From positions 356,252,001 through 356,316,000 of the forward strand of contig OZ024740.1 of NCBI GenBank assembly GCA_964016885.1: a stretch of 64,000 nucleotides of DNA. The letters run 5' to 3'. Shown here piece by piece: positions 26,092 through 40,460 of this stretch; position 1 is the stretch's first letter, and every line of letters starts with the position of its first letter. Origin of the DNA: Eledone cirrhosa. Its lineage: Eukaryota. The notes under the pieces are model-generated. The model saw only the letters and a program-made list of their open reading frames with translations. It was not told the DNA's origin and made no database searches. The translations under genes were made by a program, and so were the position numbers.

Positions 26092-26678
26092 TTCGTTTTT
26101 GAATTTGTTTTGCGAGATTTCTTATCTGAAAACGTGTGTTGAAACAGATATTGTTATACTTTGGGAGGGTCATGCTGTCAATAAAAACACACGCACCTGT
26201 TGGTTTTCACTTCAATTTATTATAAGTTTCCGGTTGGTTGGTTCGATAACCGGGAGGTTGTTTATTTATTGTCAAAGCTGTTTCGTCACACACTCTGTGA
26301 CCTCTTCAGTGTCTAGGTTTTTATGTTGTGTGTCTCTCCTTTGTTCTGTTCTAAACCATCTTGTTTTTGTGTGTTGTGTGCTTAGTTTGCGAATGCGTTA
26401 CATCCGGATCTAACGCATGCGCAAACTAAGCACACAGCACACAACACACAAAAACATGATGGTGTAAGACAGAACAAAGTAGAGACACAGAAAATAAAAA
26501 TCTAGTCACTGAGAAGGTCACAGAATGTCTGACGAAAAAGCTTTGACAATATATAAACAACCTTCCGGTTATTGAAGCAACCAGCCAATCAACGGGAAAT
26601 TTATAATAAATTGAAGTGAAAACCAACAGGTGCGTGTGATTTTATTGGCAGCATGACCCTCACAAAGTATAATAATAT
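26092..26678. mobile_element. Fold-back element, ~250-bp imperfect arms, 10-nt spacer at 26401-26410
   Basis: cttagtttgcgaatgcgtta-catccggatc-taacgcatgcgcaaactaag, with symmetry extending out to 26148/26678. Family members at 39601 and 45141. Confidence 0.85.
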
Positions 26679-26684
26679 ATATAT

Positions 26685-26810
26685 AATTGTTTCTACTTTT
26701 GGCACAAGGCCAGCAATTACTCAGTACATTACTCGTACTTTATTTTATCGACCCCGTAAGGATGAAAGGCAAAGTTGACCTCGGCGGGATTTGAACTCAG
26801 AATGGAAAGG
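26685..26810 (-). mobile_element. SINE fragment
   Basis: Same conserved domain and B box as the 5.2-kb family. Confidence 0.8.
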
Positions 26811-26813
26811 GAA

Positions 26814-26846
<33 letters not shown>

Positions 26847-27165
26847 AAATATATATAAAATATATAAAAACCCGTACAGCAAATATTTATTATAAGAATA
26901 GATTAAAGTTTAAGCAAAGAATCGCCGCTTTAACAGTATCTTCTGAAACTAAAGAAGAAAAAAGTAATAACCTGTGGATGCAGAAATAACTACATCGAAA
27001 AATGTTAAAACCGAAGGAAAACAGGAAGAGGATACTTTAGTTCGTGAAGACGTTCCCTAGCAATTGACGGAAAGAAGCGAGGATAATTACGTCGTTATGT
27101 GGAGCGTGAAGAACCATTTGTTGCCAAGACAAAAACACATTTATGCTATAAAAGAAATGACTAGA

Positions 27166-27246
<81 letters not shown>

Positions 27247-27249
<3 letters not shown>

Positions 27250-27580
27250 CAACTCTGGATGTCGGTGAGCATGTCCAGCTAACCTCAGTCTCCTCTGTGT
27301 CACTTTTGAGCTGACTTTTGGGATGCTCCCATACAGCTCTGAGTTTTTCAACCTCAGTGTATACTGATTAATGTTCAGAGCCATCCTCAGCATTCTCAGT
27401 GCTCCTTTGGGAGCCCCTACATGGACACACTAGACGATGAAGACCAAGGTTAACGTATGTTGATGCCCTAAGGACAGACACTGGTCTGTTGGAGACGCAG
27501 GACATGGCAGCGATAATGAGGGACAGAGACCGCTGGAGAGAACTCGTCCATGGATCTCGGGAATTTTACCCGCCTTAGAT
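27247..27580. mobile_element. RTE-like LINE 3' fragment with an inverted 5' segment
   Basis: 27247-27394 (-) encodes MLRMALNI...QRRLRLAGHAHRHPELT. 27395-27579 (+) encodes SVLLWEPLHGHTRR*RPRLTYVDALRTDTGL...IMRDRDRWRELV. Confidence 0.8.
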
Positions 27581-28371
27581 AGAGAGAGATATATATATTA
27601 AAGTTTAAGCAAAGAATCGCTGCTTTCACCCTTAACGGGATCTTCGAGCCCTCTTTGGATTTTAGTCTTCAAATTTATTATTATTACTATATATATATAT
27701 ATATATATATATACATGCATATGTCTATATGTGTGTGTGTTCAATGTAATAAATACTCATGAAAACAAAAGAATTGAGGTCCCTATTATAATGATTGGTG
27801 AATGAATTTCCAAATGTAACCAACATTTTTAACCTTTTCTGTTTATTTTAGAAATAGTCTTCATAACTGTCGTATTAGACATATCCCTTACTATCTTGTA
27901 TAACGGGAATATGGATATGACATATGCTTACTTATATAAATTTAACATGACAATGTAACTCATGTTCGTGACAGCACAGTTATACAACATCTGCAATACA
28001 ACGATAAAATCAAAACACTCTTTTCTGCAAACCTCACATTACAAATAAAATTTCGTGTACAACTACAAAGAATTTATTGCCATGACTGCAGTTCCGATTC
28101 CGACAAAACTAGTTCACTACTAATTAATCAACGCTGCAGTACTTTGATTTTTATTGCTGCGGTAGAGATTTATCTATGCAACTGCGGAAGGTTAACAAAA
28201 TACACCATATTACCAATATCATGTTCCACCATCAAAGTTTACAACTTATTGATAATACAATATTTTATGAATGAATATAGTGTTCATACGCACTGAACAT
28301 TGCTCAAGAACTGGAATATTCCACCTACATCAGAAAATGTGCATGTATCATGTATGAATGTATATTTGAAT

Positions 28372-28450
<79 letters not shown>

Positions 28451-28801
28451 AGAGTATTGAAGTTTGCTTGAAGCATTGTGGAATAATAAGGTAAATTTCT
28501 TTAAGTCGTTTGGAAGCCTCGACAATGCAGATGGGTAAATCTCCGGGTAACAAGATCCGGTGGTGGAGAGAGAGATGTAAGTGGGTGTACGTTCAGATGT
28601 GTGGCGTGTAGAAGAATGTAGGAAAGAGCGTAAAGGATAGAAATGAAAATAATAACACGAGATAGAGTTACCTTGGGAGAGATTTAATTGTCTCTATATA
28701 TTTCGGATTCACATCCATCAACTGGGATTTTGTCGGGGGGGGGGGGGGAGGTAGGCTATCTGTCGGAAAGGTGCGAAACGTGTCCTCCGCTGTTCGTTGT
28801 T

Positions 28802-28874
<73 letters not shown>

Positions 28875-30774
28875 TACATACATACATATATACATATATA
28901 TGTGTGTGAATAGTGAATTAGAAGTTTCGTCGTACTTTTGATTACAGAAAATAGTTGAATGAAAGTGCTTCATTACCTAATTTGTGTGTACAGTAGTTCC
29001 ATTTGGACTACCGCAAGCAAATGGGGTCCTAGAGAAACTAATACATTGATCCGGGGCCGGAAAATCAAATTTTCTAACCACACGAAATCTTTTTCTCACT
29101 AATTAATGCATGTGTACATTCTAATTTTCGTAGGTTGGTGTCTTAATGATACCGATTTAATTAAATTATTGAGTGAATGAGAAAACGCCCGAAGCTGTGT
29201 CGATCCTATTCAATAGTTTCATTTCATTTTGTATATATATAATGTGTAATTAAGGAGAGGATTTCTTTTCAACTTCCATATTTGTGACACAATTGATTTT
29301 CCATTTTGCATTGTTCATCTTGGATCAGCAAGTTAGTCTATTAACATCCCAAGACCTTCTCGGCTTGGTCCTTGGAATGAAAGGATTATAGTAATGGTGG
29401 CTTATTTTAGCACTTAGCAGTACCTAGCAATAAAATCAAAGAAGTACTGTTATAACTGATAAAATCATCAACAGCAAATTTTGAAATATTCTACATGAAC
29501 TCTTGCCAGGTAAGTCCTGGCAAGTGTTCATGGTTTGTTTCACATGTACTGTATTGCTGTGTAGAATTTTGGTTTATACAATTGCTATTAATATGAATTT
29601 TGTTACTTGTCTATAAAGAAACATGCTTTAATCCAAAGATTTACTGTTTCATGTGTGTTACTCACTAAGGGGGCAATTGCACGGCTAAAATAGACACGTA
29701 TTTTAAGGAAAACTACTAATTTGATAATGGACGCTGACATTTTAATCATACACTCATGATTGCACCTCTGTATGTCTGTCTGTCTGTATATACGTGTGTG
29801 TCTGCCTGTCTGTGTGAACGGTTATGCGCACGTGCGTTGTATTAAAGTATGAATATTCTTCCAGTTTCACATTCATTAGTATGCTTTGCAATATTTTTAT
29901 GAGTCTCTTGCTGGGCGTTTAAAATATCAAAGTTTCTACACCCTTCATAAATGTGTTTGTATGCGGTAGACATAATACGTTGCCCGGTTTAACCCCACCA
30001 TCTAGTCATTGGGTGCTTTTATCAGTGTCCACTTTGTTGCAAGTATTTGGTACAGGCCTCTGGTTTGAAGATACCTCTTTCTCATCTCCCACCTCTCTTG
30101 GAGACCCTGAAAGGGAGGCACCGAAACGCCCTTTCTATCCTAACTAAATTTTAAAAAATAATTCACATGTGTGTAAATATATTTTAGCACGTTACTACCT
30201 CATATGACTGAATGTATCTTATATTGCAATTCAATACTATTTCATTCACTGATATCGCTAGAATAATAAATATTAACATCTTAAAAAAATTGGGCCTGAA
30301 AATTCAGAATTATTATTATCGATAATTTTGTTAAATATTTCGAATGACCAGTTAAGTGGTCATTCATTTTATTTGGTTTAAGAGAAAAACATATTTTCAA
30401 AGCTTCCATTACTTTAAGTTAATCGGCAAAACATAGATTAGTCCAGGACCAGAAAAACTGTAAGTAGTATATTGAGGCTTCCTTCAAAAAGTGGTTTTGT
30501 TTATGTAAGAAGAAATCAATAAAAGGATATACAAAAATATGAAACTATTAGTAACAGCAGAAAACAAATCATACGATATAAAAATTCATTCCGCTACATT
30601 CGGGATTTAACCCTTGTCAACGTCAGTTGTATTTTAATTCGTCAATATCGATAGAATAACTACCAGCAATATAATGGCGTTGATCCAATCAATCGGCCTT
30701 GCATTTAATCAAAAGAAGTTAAAATATATATAGTATGTGAGGAGTACAATATGAAATTTAACGGATGAGGTTAG

Positions 30775-30960
30775 TATTTGGCAGTATCGGTAGAGGGTCG
30801 GACGCCATGCTTTGACGCATTGAGTTACGGCCCTTGCCATTCTGAGTTAAAAATCCCGCCGAGGAAACTCTCGGAGAGGATTTGCCTTTCATCCTTACGG
30901 GGTCGATAAAATAAAGTACCAATAATACACTGGGGCTTGTGCCAAAAGTAGAAAAAATTA
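30775..30960 (+). mobile_element. tRNA-derived SINE, near full length
   Basis: A box tggcagtatcgg, B-box-like gagttaaaaatcc, central gcctttcatccttacggggtcgataaaataaagtacc. Confidence 0.8.
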
Positions 30961-33071
30961 TTTATAATGGTGCATTTTCAGAAATTGTAAAGCGTTAAAC
31001 TCACTGTCGTAAATATATTGCTCATATGTGAGGACGCGTGAAGAAACTGAAATCCGATTATTTTCTTTGATTTGTTCATCGTTTCAACGTGTTGTATCGT
31101 AACATTACAATTTATTTTTAACATATAATAAATACAATGAACTAAGTGTGAGTGTGTCCGTGAAACATATACATTAAATTATTGTAGTGACAACTCTTTA
31201 TACCGTAAGTCCAATACCACTGTTGTCAATTTTCATCCTAACAATGTCAACAAAATAAGTACCTGTAGTTCATCTGAATTGATTTAAACGACTATATTGA
31301 TTCGTTAGTGACTGTGTGCCAACATGGGAAACTATTAGTCAATATATTTCTTTTCTTGTAATCTTACGTTTTTAAGGAAACAAAATAAATACTGAATTCA
31401 TTTGAACATACACCGTTTAAAATATAACATAGCTATGTAAATCTTTCAATCTATACAACACACTAAAGAACAGGGATTGAAAAGTAGGAAATATATTTGA
31501 CCAAGCGAAACACGTCCAAAACAAAAACCAGTTATTACTCTACAAAACCCCCAAGTGTAAAGAGCGTTTAATATCAGAAAGGAATAACGACTAAAACAAC
31601 AAAAACAATAGAAGCATTAATAATATCAACAAATATAACAAAATATCAAACAATAATATTACCAATGAAAAGCAAATAAGATAGAATACGTATTTGTGAT
31701 GAAATGTAAGAGTAACAGATACGCATTGATATTTCAGATTCAGTCTATTGATTCTGGGAAAGTTCTGTTTTACCTTTAAGCCTTTAATACCTCAAACAAA
31801 TCTATCGTTTTCAATATCACTTTAGATACTTCTGTCATATGCTAGCACGTTATATTACCTAAGGGCGTCATTCTTATTTAACCTACTAACAAAACAATAT
31901 TTTTCATAAAAATCGTTCAGATTTCAGTGTGTATTGCACGCTGTTTTACAGCACAATTATTCCATTATATTTGCTTTCATTGTGTGTATATATATTCATT
32001 GTGTAGTTTTGGATACACCTATTATCTACTTCAAGTCCACACAGTTAGGCAAGATCGAATCACAAGGACCTATCTATTGGGATAATGCTCATTTCCGCGT
32101 TGAGTCATGAAACAGATAGGAGACGAATTTATCTCTGTACAGCATGCTAGTTTTTCGCAGGGACATTTTATCGAAAAATCGTGTTATCTAATTTTCGCTG
32201 TTTGATGAACATTGACAGTATAGAAAGACGTGTTTCCTGCAAAAAAGTATTCGGAACGTCTGTAGTTAAAATTACGGCCTATGACAAGTCAGACTGAACT
32301 CACATTACCATACTCATGATGAGGTAATATAACAATTGGAATATGTTTACATACGAAAACACACAAATATCATACACATACTCTCGTTTACACTGCGAGA
32401 AATATGGCTATACAGCAGAGATATATATTTCAGTATATATTACAAATAAACATATCTTTAATTAAAATAAAACTTAAGTGAGTTTTAAAAAGTTAAATAG
32501 CAGTTTAACATGAAATTACGAATATAACAATAAATGCAATTTTATCAGTAAATGAAAATCAGGAAACGAGCTATTCAGCAAATGCAAAAGAAAACATTAT
32601 CATTATTATTGTGTGTTGTCTTTTAAGTATTTGTTTTGTATTTCCATCAATAATGGAACATTTCTTTACTTTGCCTCTCTAGAAATCCCTACATAATTTG
32701 AATGAATGTCAGCAACTGAATGCATATTTAGAGGATAGAAGATACGTAAATAGATAAAGAAAAGGAATAAAAACCGAAAGGGAAACCCAAACAATAGAAA
32801 GATAAAATAAGAGAAGGATGCCAAACAGTAGTATTCAGATTGATTATATAAGCGTGTCGGAAATAAAGATATCCAAATATCAAAATGGAAACAATTCTAA
32901 ACCAAAACTACTTCTAGTTTACAAGACTCTCAGTTTCTGACCCGCTAGATGATATGACAGGTTTTAGAAAGTGATTGCCATAAGTTTCTTTGCAATTATA
33001 TGAGTGTGCTTAAAACATTAATTTCTCTGACACGAAAGTGGTTAGTGTTTGTCTGAGTCCATACCCCCCCC

Positions 33072-33157
<86 letters not shown>

Positions 33158-33419
33158 GTATGTGCGTGTGTGTGTGTAAACAATGCTAAAATAGTGCTAG
33201 GAGAAGCGATAGTTTGTTTTGAGCTGATACTGATTCAGCAAAGTGACGTCAGTGAAAAGAAGTGGACACATGAAAATATGGGTGAAAAGAAAGGGGTTGG
33301 AGGGACAGAGATAAAAAGCAGAAGAGAGGAGACGGAGAAGGAGAACGTAAGAATGGGTGGAGTAGAATGAGAGGAGAGATAGATAAAGAGAGAAGAGAAT
33401 GCAAGTGGATGGAGCAGAG

Positions 33420-33434
33420 AAAGAGAGAGAGACA

Positions 33435-33500
<66 letters not shown>
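33420..33500. repeat. (GA)n microsatellite, followed by a SINE 3' fragment (33510-33632, minus)
   Basis: Directly visible. Confidence 0.9.
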
Positions 33501-33504
<4 letters not shown>

Positions 33505-33707
33505 TAGATAAAAATGGTTTCTACTACAGGCACAAGGCCAGCAATTTGAGGAGAGGTGAAAGTCTATTAAATAGACCCTATTGTGTTATTGGTACTTTAT
33601 TTTATCGACCCCGTAAGGATAAAAGGCAAAAATACGACAAAAATAATAAAATGTAAAAGCAGTGTCGAAGACGAGAAAAAAAAGAATGGATTCTTATCGT
33701 AGTAAGA

Positions 33708-34565
33708 AAGATGATGCGCAAACATACGCTGAGGCTACGGCATTTTCAGATATTCTTGAACGGTGAATAGGTGTGGTCGCCGTTTGAAAGATGAGCCTTT
33801 TCGCAGCTCGTGTTTTCGACTGAGCTACAGTCCTAGATCAAGATTAAACCAAGACTGGGCGCCTGGCATCTAAAATGTTGCCAGGCGCTCACTACTTTCT
33901 ACCAGAATGGGGTCAATGGATATTCTACTCTAGAGTTCTATAGAGGATTAGTGGTGGGCAAGCGGAAGGACACTCTCGGAGAGGACTTGGGAGTTGACGA
34001 AGTCAAACTGACCAGTCTCTTCCGGAGAACTTTCTCTTTCGAGCCGCGGACTATGGAAATCCCTCGCTTGGCAGTGCTACCGAGAAACACTGCCGATTCG
34101 AAATAAACTCTACAGGTACGGAAGTGTGGCCAGGCGGACCTGTCCGAGATGAGCGCAGAGTGACGAATCCATTCTACATGCATTCGTCAAGTGTCCATGC
34201 ATTATTGGCTTGTGGAGTTATGTTGAACAGCTGTTATCGCATGGAAGATATAATTTAATACAATATCGTATAATCTTCATATATTACAAGCTGCTGCGTT
34301 AGTAGGCCGGGCGATGATTTACAAGCATGGCTAGCTATGTTGTTTGATAACAATGCTGCCGTGCAGCTACGAATGAAACACTTGTGAAATCTAGTGTTAC
34401 GTGTTTTTGGTTGTGTGGAATATGTAAAAGTGGTTGGTTTTTTTAGTCAGCTGCCCATTAAATCTATATGAATCGGCTTTGACGAACATTCGTAACCACG
34501 GATAGTTAGCATAGAACTGGGAGTTCAAATGAGTCAGCTGTCTTGTGAGTTGAAAAGTTAGGGTA
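33708..34565 (+). mobile_element. Decayed Tx1/L1-clade LINE 3' fragment
   Basis: Homologous to 36130-36990. Zinc-knuckle TCPR*AQSDESILHAFVKCP. Confidence 0.7.
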
Positions 34566-34590
34566 GTGGAGGTTGCATAGTATGCATATC

Positions 34591-34629
<39 letters not shown>

Positions 34630-34632
<3 letters not shown>

Positions 34633-34721
34633 GCAATCTCATTGTAAGTGTGAATCTAACTGACTTTCAAAAACATGTATATATGAATAACGTAAGCCCA
34701 AATCATATTAGATTCAAATAT

Positions 34722-34793
<72 letters not shown>

Positions 34794-35310
34794 ACAGAGA
34801 GAGAGAGAGAGAGAGAAGTGAGGTGCAACAGAAATGAAATATGGATTACAGGTTTAAAATATAGTCTAGATAGATGAGAAACAAAACGAGGATGTAGTTT
34901 ATAAACACCCAAATGAAGTTGACCTTAAGTTGGAGCAATAAGATTAAGAAGACATGAACGACACCACATGATTTTGTTTTGAAGATTTTGAAAGTAGGTT
35001 TATAAGTATGAATTTTCATAGGATCTTCGTAGTTGTCTCAGTGGACTAGCGTGGGTACTGGAGACCTTGGGTTCAATCCTGGTTCAACAGGTACATGTAA
35101 TCTTTTTCAGTTGTTTTATTTTACATCTCATGAAAAGGTTTACCGGGAACCCTATCCCGACTAGGATCGAACTTCAGACCAGGGTCCCCCACCGTCTATG
35201 ATTCCTTTCAACTCGGCCGCCGAGACAGCTACAAAAGTATAGCATTCTATATGTAGGTGGGCTCCCTTCATCTCCTGGCAATCAATATTTTTAGACCCAG
35301 TCCGCCACTG
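34630..35310. mobile_element. Second copy of the composite (GA)n/double tRNA-head repeat
   Basis: Homologous to 10050-10900; ends gacccagtccgccactg. Confidence 0.7.
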
Positions 35311-35631
35311 TGTATATGTATAATGAATAGCTGTAACTAAGCAGTGGTCGAACAATATGATAGTTGCACACGGAGATATGTTTTAGTAGATGCATTTGTA
35401 AACGAGAAATTGAGAATATTTTTATATCGATTAGGAAACATGCGGAGATGTTTCTAGTTGTTGTAGAGAATTGAGGATAGCAATGCACTAGAAGGAACCG
35501 AAATCCCGAAAAATGTTGGGTGTATTCTTTTTTACAAAACCAGCAATTTTGTTTCTTTAAGCCAACTCATTCACTTAAACTTGTTCCTTCAACTCTTTTG
35601 TTTCGTTTTCTTTTTATTTTCGTTTTACGTT

Positions 35632-35635
<4 letters not shown>

Positions 35636-35726
<91 letters not shown>

Positions 35727-35741
35727 CTATCTATCTGTCAA

Positions 35742-35805
<64 letters not shown>

Positions 35806-35825
35806 CTATCTATCTATCTGATCAA

Positions 35826-35893
<68 letters not shown>

Positions 35894-35943
35894 CTCTATC
35901 TATCTGTCAATCTCTCTCTCTCTCCTTTTCATCTTCTCTCTCT

Positions 35944-36004
<61 letters not shown>

Positions 36005-36052
36005 TCTCTCTATCTCTATCTATCTATCTGTCAATCTATCTATCTATCTATT
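35636..36052. repeat. (TC)n/(TATC)n compound microsatellite
   Basis: Directly visible. Confidence 0.95.
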
Positions 36053-37232
36053 TCAAGTTCCTCTGCCAAGAAACAGGCTACATGGTGAGGAGATCCATCT
36101 GCTGTCAACACCCTTCTAACTGGACATGCCGTGGCTGATGATGCGCAAAACGCGCTGAGGCTACGCCATCTCAGCATTCCTGACCGGTGAACCGGTGTGG
36201 CTGTCGTTTGTGAGACAAGCTCTTCCACAACTCGTCTCACTAACAGAGCTGCAGTCCTGGTCAAGCGAAGGCCGAAAATGGGTGCCTGGCACCTCGAGTG
36301 CCTACGGGCGCTCACACCTCTACCAAGCGGAAACGGCAATCAGCGGAGACTCCACTTCAACATTCTATAGGGGATTAGTGGAGGATAAGTGCGACGACGT
36401 TCTCAGGGAAACTCTAGGCATTGAGAAGGACGAACTGACCAGTCTGCTCGGGAGGACTTTCCGTCCAGGGCCTATGGATAACTTCCAGAGGTCTCTGACT
36501 TGGCTGTGCTACTGAGGAGCTCTACCATTTCGAGACAAAATCTACAGGCACGGACGCCCTGGTAGAGATCCTGCCAAAAGGACCTGTCCAAGATGCGAGC
36601 AGGACATCGAAACCGTTCTGCACGCAATTGTTCAGTGCCCAGGGTTATGTCGAACAGCTGCTGTCACGTGTGGGACGCATCCAGTTGTCAGCCGAGTCCA
36701 TCGTGAGGATCACCCCACCGCCTTCATTTAAGAACGAAGGAAAGGCGGTTTTCCTCTGTCTGGTGGCTATGGCGAAAGAGGTAATATGGTGGACGAGGTT
36801 AAAAGGACTGAGGGCAAAACTTTTCTATCCGGACAACAACTTATCCCCTTCTTTAAGTATCACTTCAGAAGGAAGATGAGAGTGGAGAGAGAGGTGCTAC
36901 ACCCCAGTAAATTCGCTGAAAGGTGGGTGAATTTGGCGAAAATGGCCCGAGTGAATGGGCCTTCTCTGTATATAAACCTGTAGGTTGAGGAAGATAAACA
37001 GAGGGAAGACAGGAACACCTGCAAAACGTGTTCCTGGTGTTGAGGGTTGTTCTATCCACGGGGTATAAAACAACCCTGCAGTAACGTTCCCCCCTATTGG
37101 GGATTTCAATTGTTATTTTATTATATATAGTTTGTGGTTATTTATTAATGTTAAAGTTATTTTTATGTAAAAGCCCGCCGTCACGTCTTGTAATGTCCCA
37201 TTTTTGTACGCCCCTGTGGCAAATAAAGAAAG
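36053..37232 (+). mobile_element. Tx1/L1-clade LINE, 5'-truncated
   Basis: C-terminal CCHC RTCPRCEQDIETVLHAIVQCP and motif AMAKEVIWWTR. 3' UTR ends cccctgtggcaaataaagaa. Confidence 0.8.
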
Positions 37233-37865
37233 ATATCTATGTATCTATTTCTATCTCACTGTTTTACTTCCTAATTCTTTATTATGTCCTTTCCAATCTT
37301 CTTCCTGTTTTCATTCTGTTTTTGTATTACAATAATTTTTGTAGCTTTCATCTTCCTGTATTTTCTTTTCTATCTTATATTTTTGATGTTTTCTTTAATA
37401 ATCTTAAGTTTATTATCATTGACATTTCATTATTCTCTATATCACAATTGTTCTCAATTTTTCTTTCTCTATTTCTGTTATTTCATATTATACACATTGT
37501 TTCAATAGTTTCTTCTATATATTTCTTTCTACCGATTTAAATATTGTTTATTCTTTAAATATTTATTTCGTTATTTCCTCTACTTTCTATGTTGGTATGT
37601 TTTCTGTTTAAACTGTCTAACATTAATAAAATTCAACTTCAGATGTTTTTCCTCTTAAGTTTCTTTGTTCCTTGATACATTACATTATATACCGAACCAA
37701 AGAATTATTAAAAAGAATTAATTAAAAAACTTTTCAAACTGTTTTATCAGTTTTTTTCAGGGGTTGATGCCATGTGTGCTGTCATTACTGTCGTAACAAC
37801 AATAAGGCTGCTGCTGAGGATGATGTAGATAATGATATTAGTGATGGTCATAATGATGAAGATGA

Positions 37866-38510
37866 TTAATAATAATTGTTTCTACTTTTGGCACAAGGCC
37901 AGCCATTACCCTAGTGTATTACTGGTACTTTATTTTATCGACCACGTAAGGATGAAAGGCAAAGTTAACCTCGGCGGGATTTGACCTCAGAATGGCAAGG
38001 GCCGTAACTCAATGCGTCAAAGCAAGGCGTCCGACTCTCTACCGATACTGCCAATTCACCTCCCTTTGTTGATTAATAATAATGATAATAATTTCTACTA
38101 TAGACACAAGACCACACATTTTGGGGGAGGGGGAAAGCGATTAAATTGACCCCAGTGTATTGCTGGTGCTTTATTTTATTGACCCCGTAAGGATGAAAGG
38201 CAAAGCTAACTTCGGCGGGATTTGAACTCAGAACGTAACTCAATGCCACAAAGCATAGTGTCCGATGTTATAACGTTACTGCCAACCTTATGAGTTCTAC
38301 TATAGGCACTAGGCCAGAATTTGGGAGAGGGGAAAGTCAAATAAATAGACCCAGTGCATTACTGGTGCTTTATTTTATCAACCCCGTAAGAATGAAAGGC
38401 AAAGCTAACCTCGGTGGGGTTTGAATTCAGAATATAAAGGGCCGTAACTCTATGATGCAAAGTATGTTGTCCGATGTTCTACCAATACTGCAAATCCATC
38501 ACCCTTGGAT
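37866..38510 (-). mobile_element. SINE triad separated by (AAT)n tails
   Basis: Three near-complete copies with A/B boxes and the conserved central domain. Confidence 0.85.
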
Positions 38511-38527
38511 AATAATAATAATTATTA

Positions 38528-39262
38528 TTTATTTATTGGCCACTAGGGGCAAAACAGAGGACAATAGAAAAACGTGAGGATTCACATAAATGCATGTAAA
38601 TAAAAGGAAAACAATAAACAATAAAATAAATAACAATAGAATTCCACAATAGGGGAAGTATCATCTAGGGATAGTTTAGAAAACCCCACAGATCCGGAAC
38701 TACACAATTCACCAAGAACACCATCGTGGGGTGCCCCACTTTTCTCTAAACTCTACAGCCGACAGGCGCATAATCCACTCGGACCATATTTGCTATATAT
38801 ACCCAACTTTTAACAACTATACTGGGGAGCGGTGGCACTTCTCTCTCCATCCTTATCTCTCTTCCTAAGTGGAACTTGAAAAGATTGATGAGGGCTTGGT
38901 CGAAGAGGAAAGTGTCGGATTTTGGTCCTTGCAGCCACGTTCACCATAGAAACTCTTTCGCTACAGTCACTTGACAAAGCAAAACTGCCTGCACTTCCCG
39001 GCCAAAATAAGGTGGTGGGTCAATTTTCACGAGGGAGTCGGTTGGTAGACGGATCCGTCCTACACGCGATAATAGCTGTTCGACAAAACTCCATAAGTTA
39101 GCAATGCGCGGACACTGGATGTGCGCGTGCAGAACGGTTTCATCGCTCTGCGCGCATCTCGGACAGGTCCCTCTGACAACACTTCTGAGCCTGTACTGTT
39201 TGTCTCAAAATTGTCAGAGATTTCTCGAAATCACCTATAGGTCCGGGACCTAAAAACCTCCA
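38528..39262 (-). mobile_element. Tx1/L1-clade LINE 3' fragment
   Basis: Minus strand encodes TCPRCAQSDETVLHAHIQCP and VAKEFLW. 3' end gcccctagtggccaataaataa lies in (AAT)n. Confidence 0.75.
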
Positions 39263-39487
39263 GACCTGATTGTCTATGTATTTAATAATGGTATTCTACC
39301 CTATTACTCGCGATTTCACCAGAATTAGTTATATAAGAGAATATATACGTGATATTGTAAAACTACTGTGATTAGAAATCTACCGATTGGATTAAATCCG
39401 GAACTGCGTTTTACCTATTTTGCTGTGGACTTTTGAGCTTTGAAGTATTCTTTGCCTTTATATGGTTGTGTTCTCAACTCATCTCTC

Positions 39488-40242
<755 letters not shown>

Positions 40243-40244
<2 letters not shown>

Positions 40245-40460
40245 TTACGGCCCTTTATGATCTGAGTTCAAATGCCGCCGAGGTTAACTTTGCCATTCAT
40301 CCTTACGGGATGAAAATACCAGTCACGCACTGGAGTTGATTTAATCGACTTTCCCCTTTTCTTACGGGATGAAAGTATCTGTCACGCCCTGGGGTCGATT
40401 TAATCGATTTACCCTTTCCCCAAAATTGCTGGCCTTGTGCCTATATAAGAAACCATTATT
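40243..40460 (+). mobile_element. SINE with an internal ~60-bp duplication
   Basis: B box gagttcaaatgcc; cttacgggatgaaa...gatttaatcga occurs twice. Confidence 0.75.

Noticed and set aside
26122-26160. HHR-like tat-CTGAAAAC..GTT-GAAA-cagatattg-TT-ata in the fold-back family
   Set aside because: The core is too short or lacks the 3-8 pair, and the third copy lacks GAAA. Not supportable without a consensus.
27610-27657. Minus-strand tcgaaga-tccc-gttaa-gggt-GAAA motif, partly repeated at 26902-26945
   Set aside because: No U16.1 or stem III, and the core is altered. Possibly a decayed HHR but not callable.
28747-28790. GAAAcgtgTC with ggag/ctcc pairing
   Set aside because: The CUGANGA strand is not recognisable.
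34150-34152. TGA at a zinc-knuckle Cys position in the Tx1 fragment (possible Sec)
   Set aside because: Homologs at 36.6 and 39.15 kb have TGC, and this copy is heavily decayed. A simple point mutation is the better explanation.
35520-37540. ORFs of 147-199 aa
   Set aside because: They are (TC)n translations and T-rich low-complexity sequence. Only the Tx1-derived part has protein motifs.
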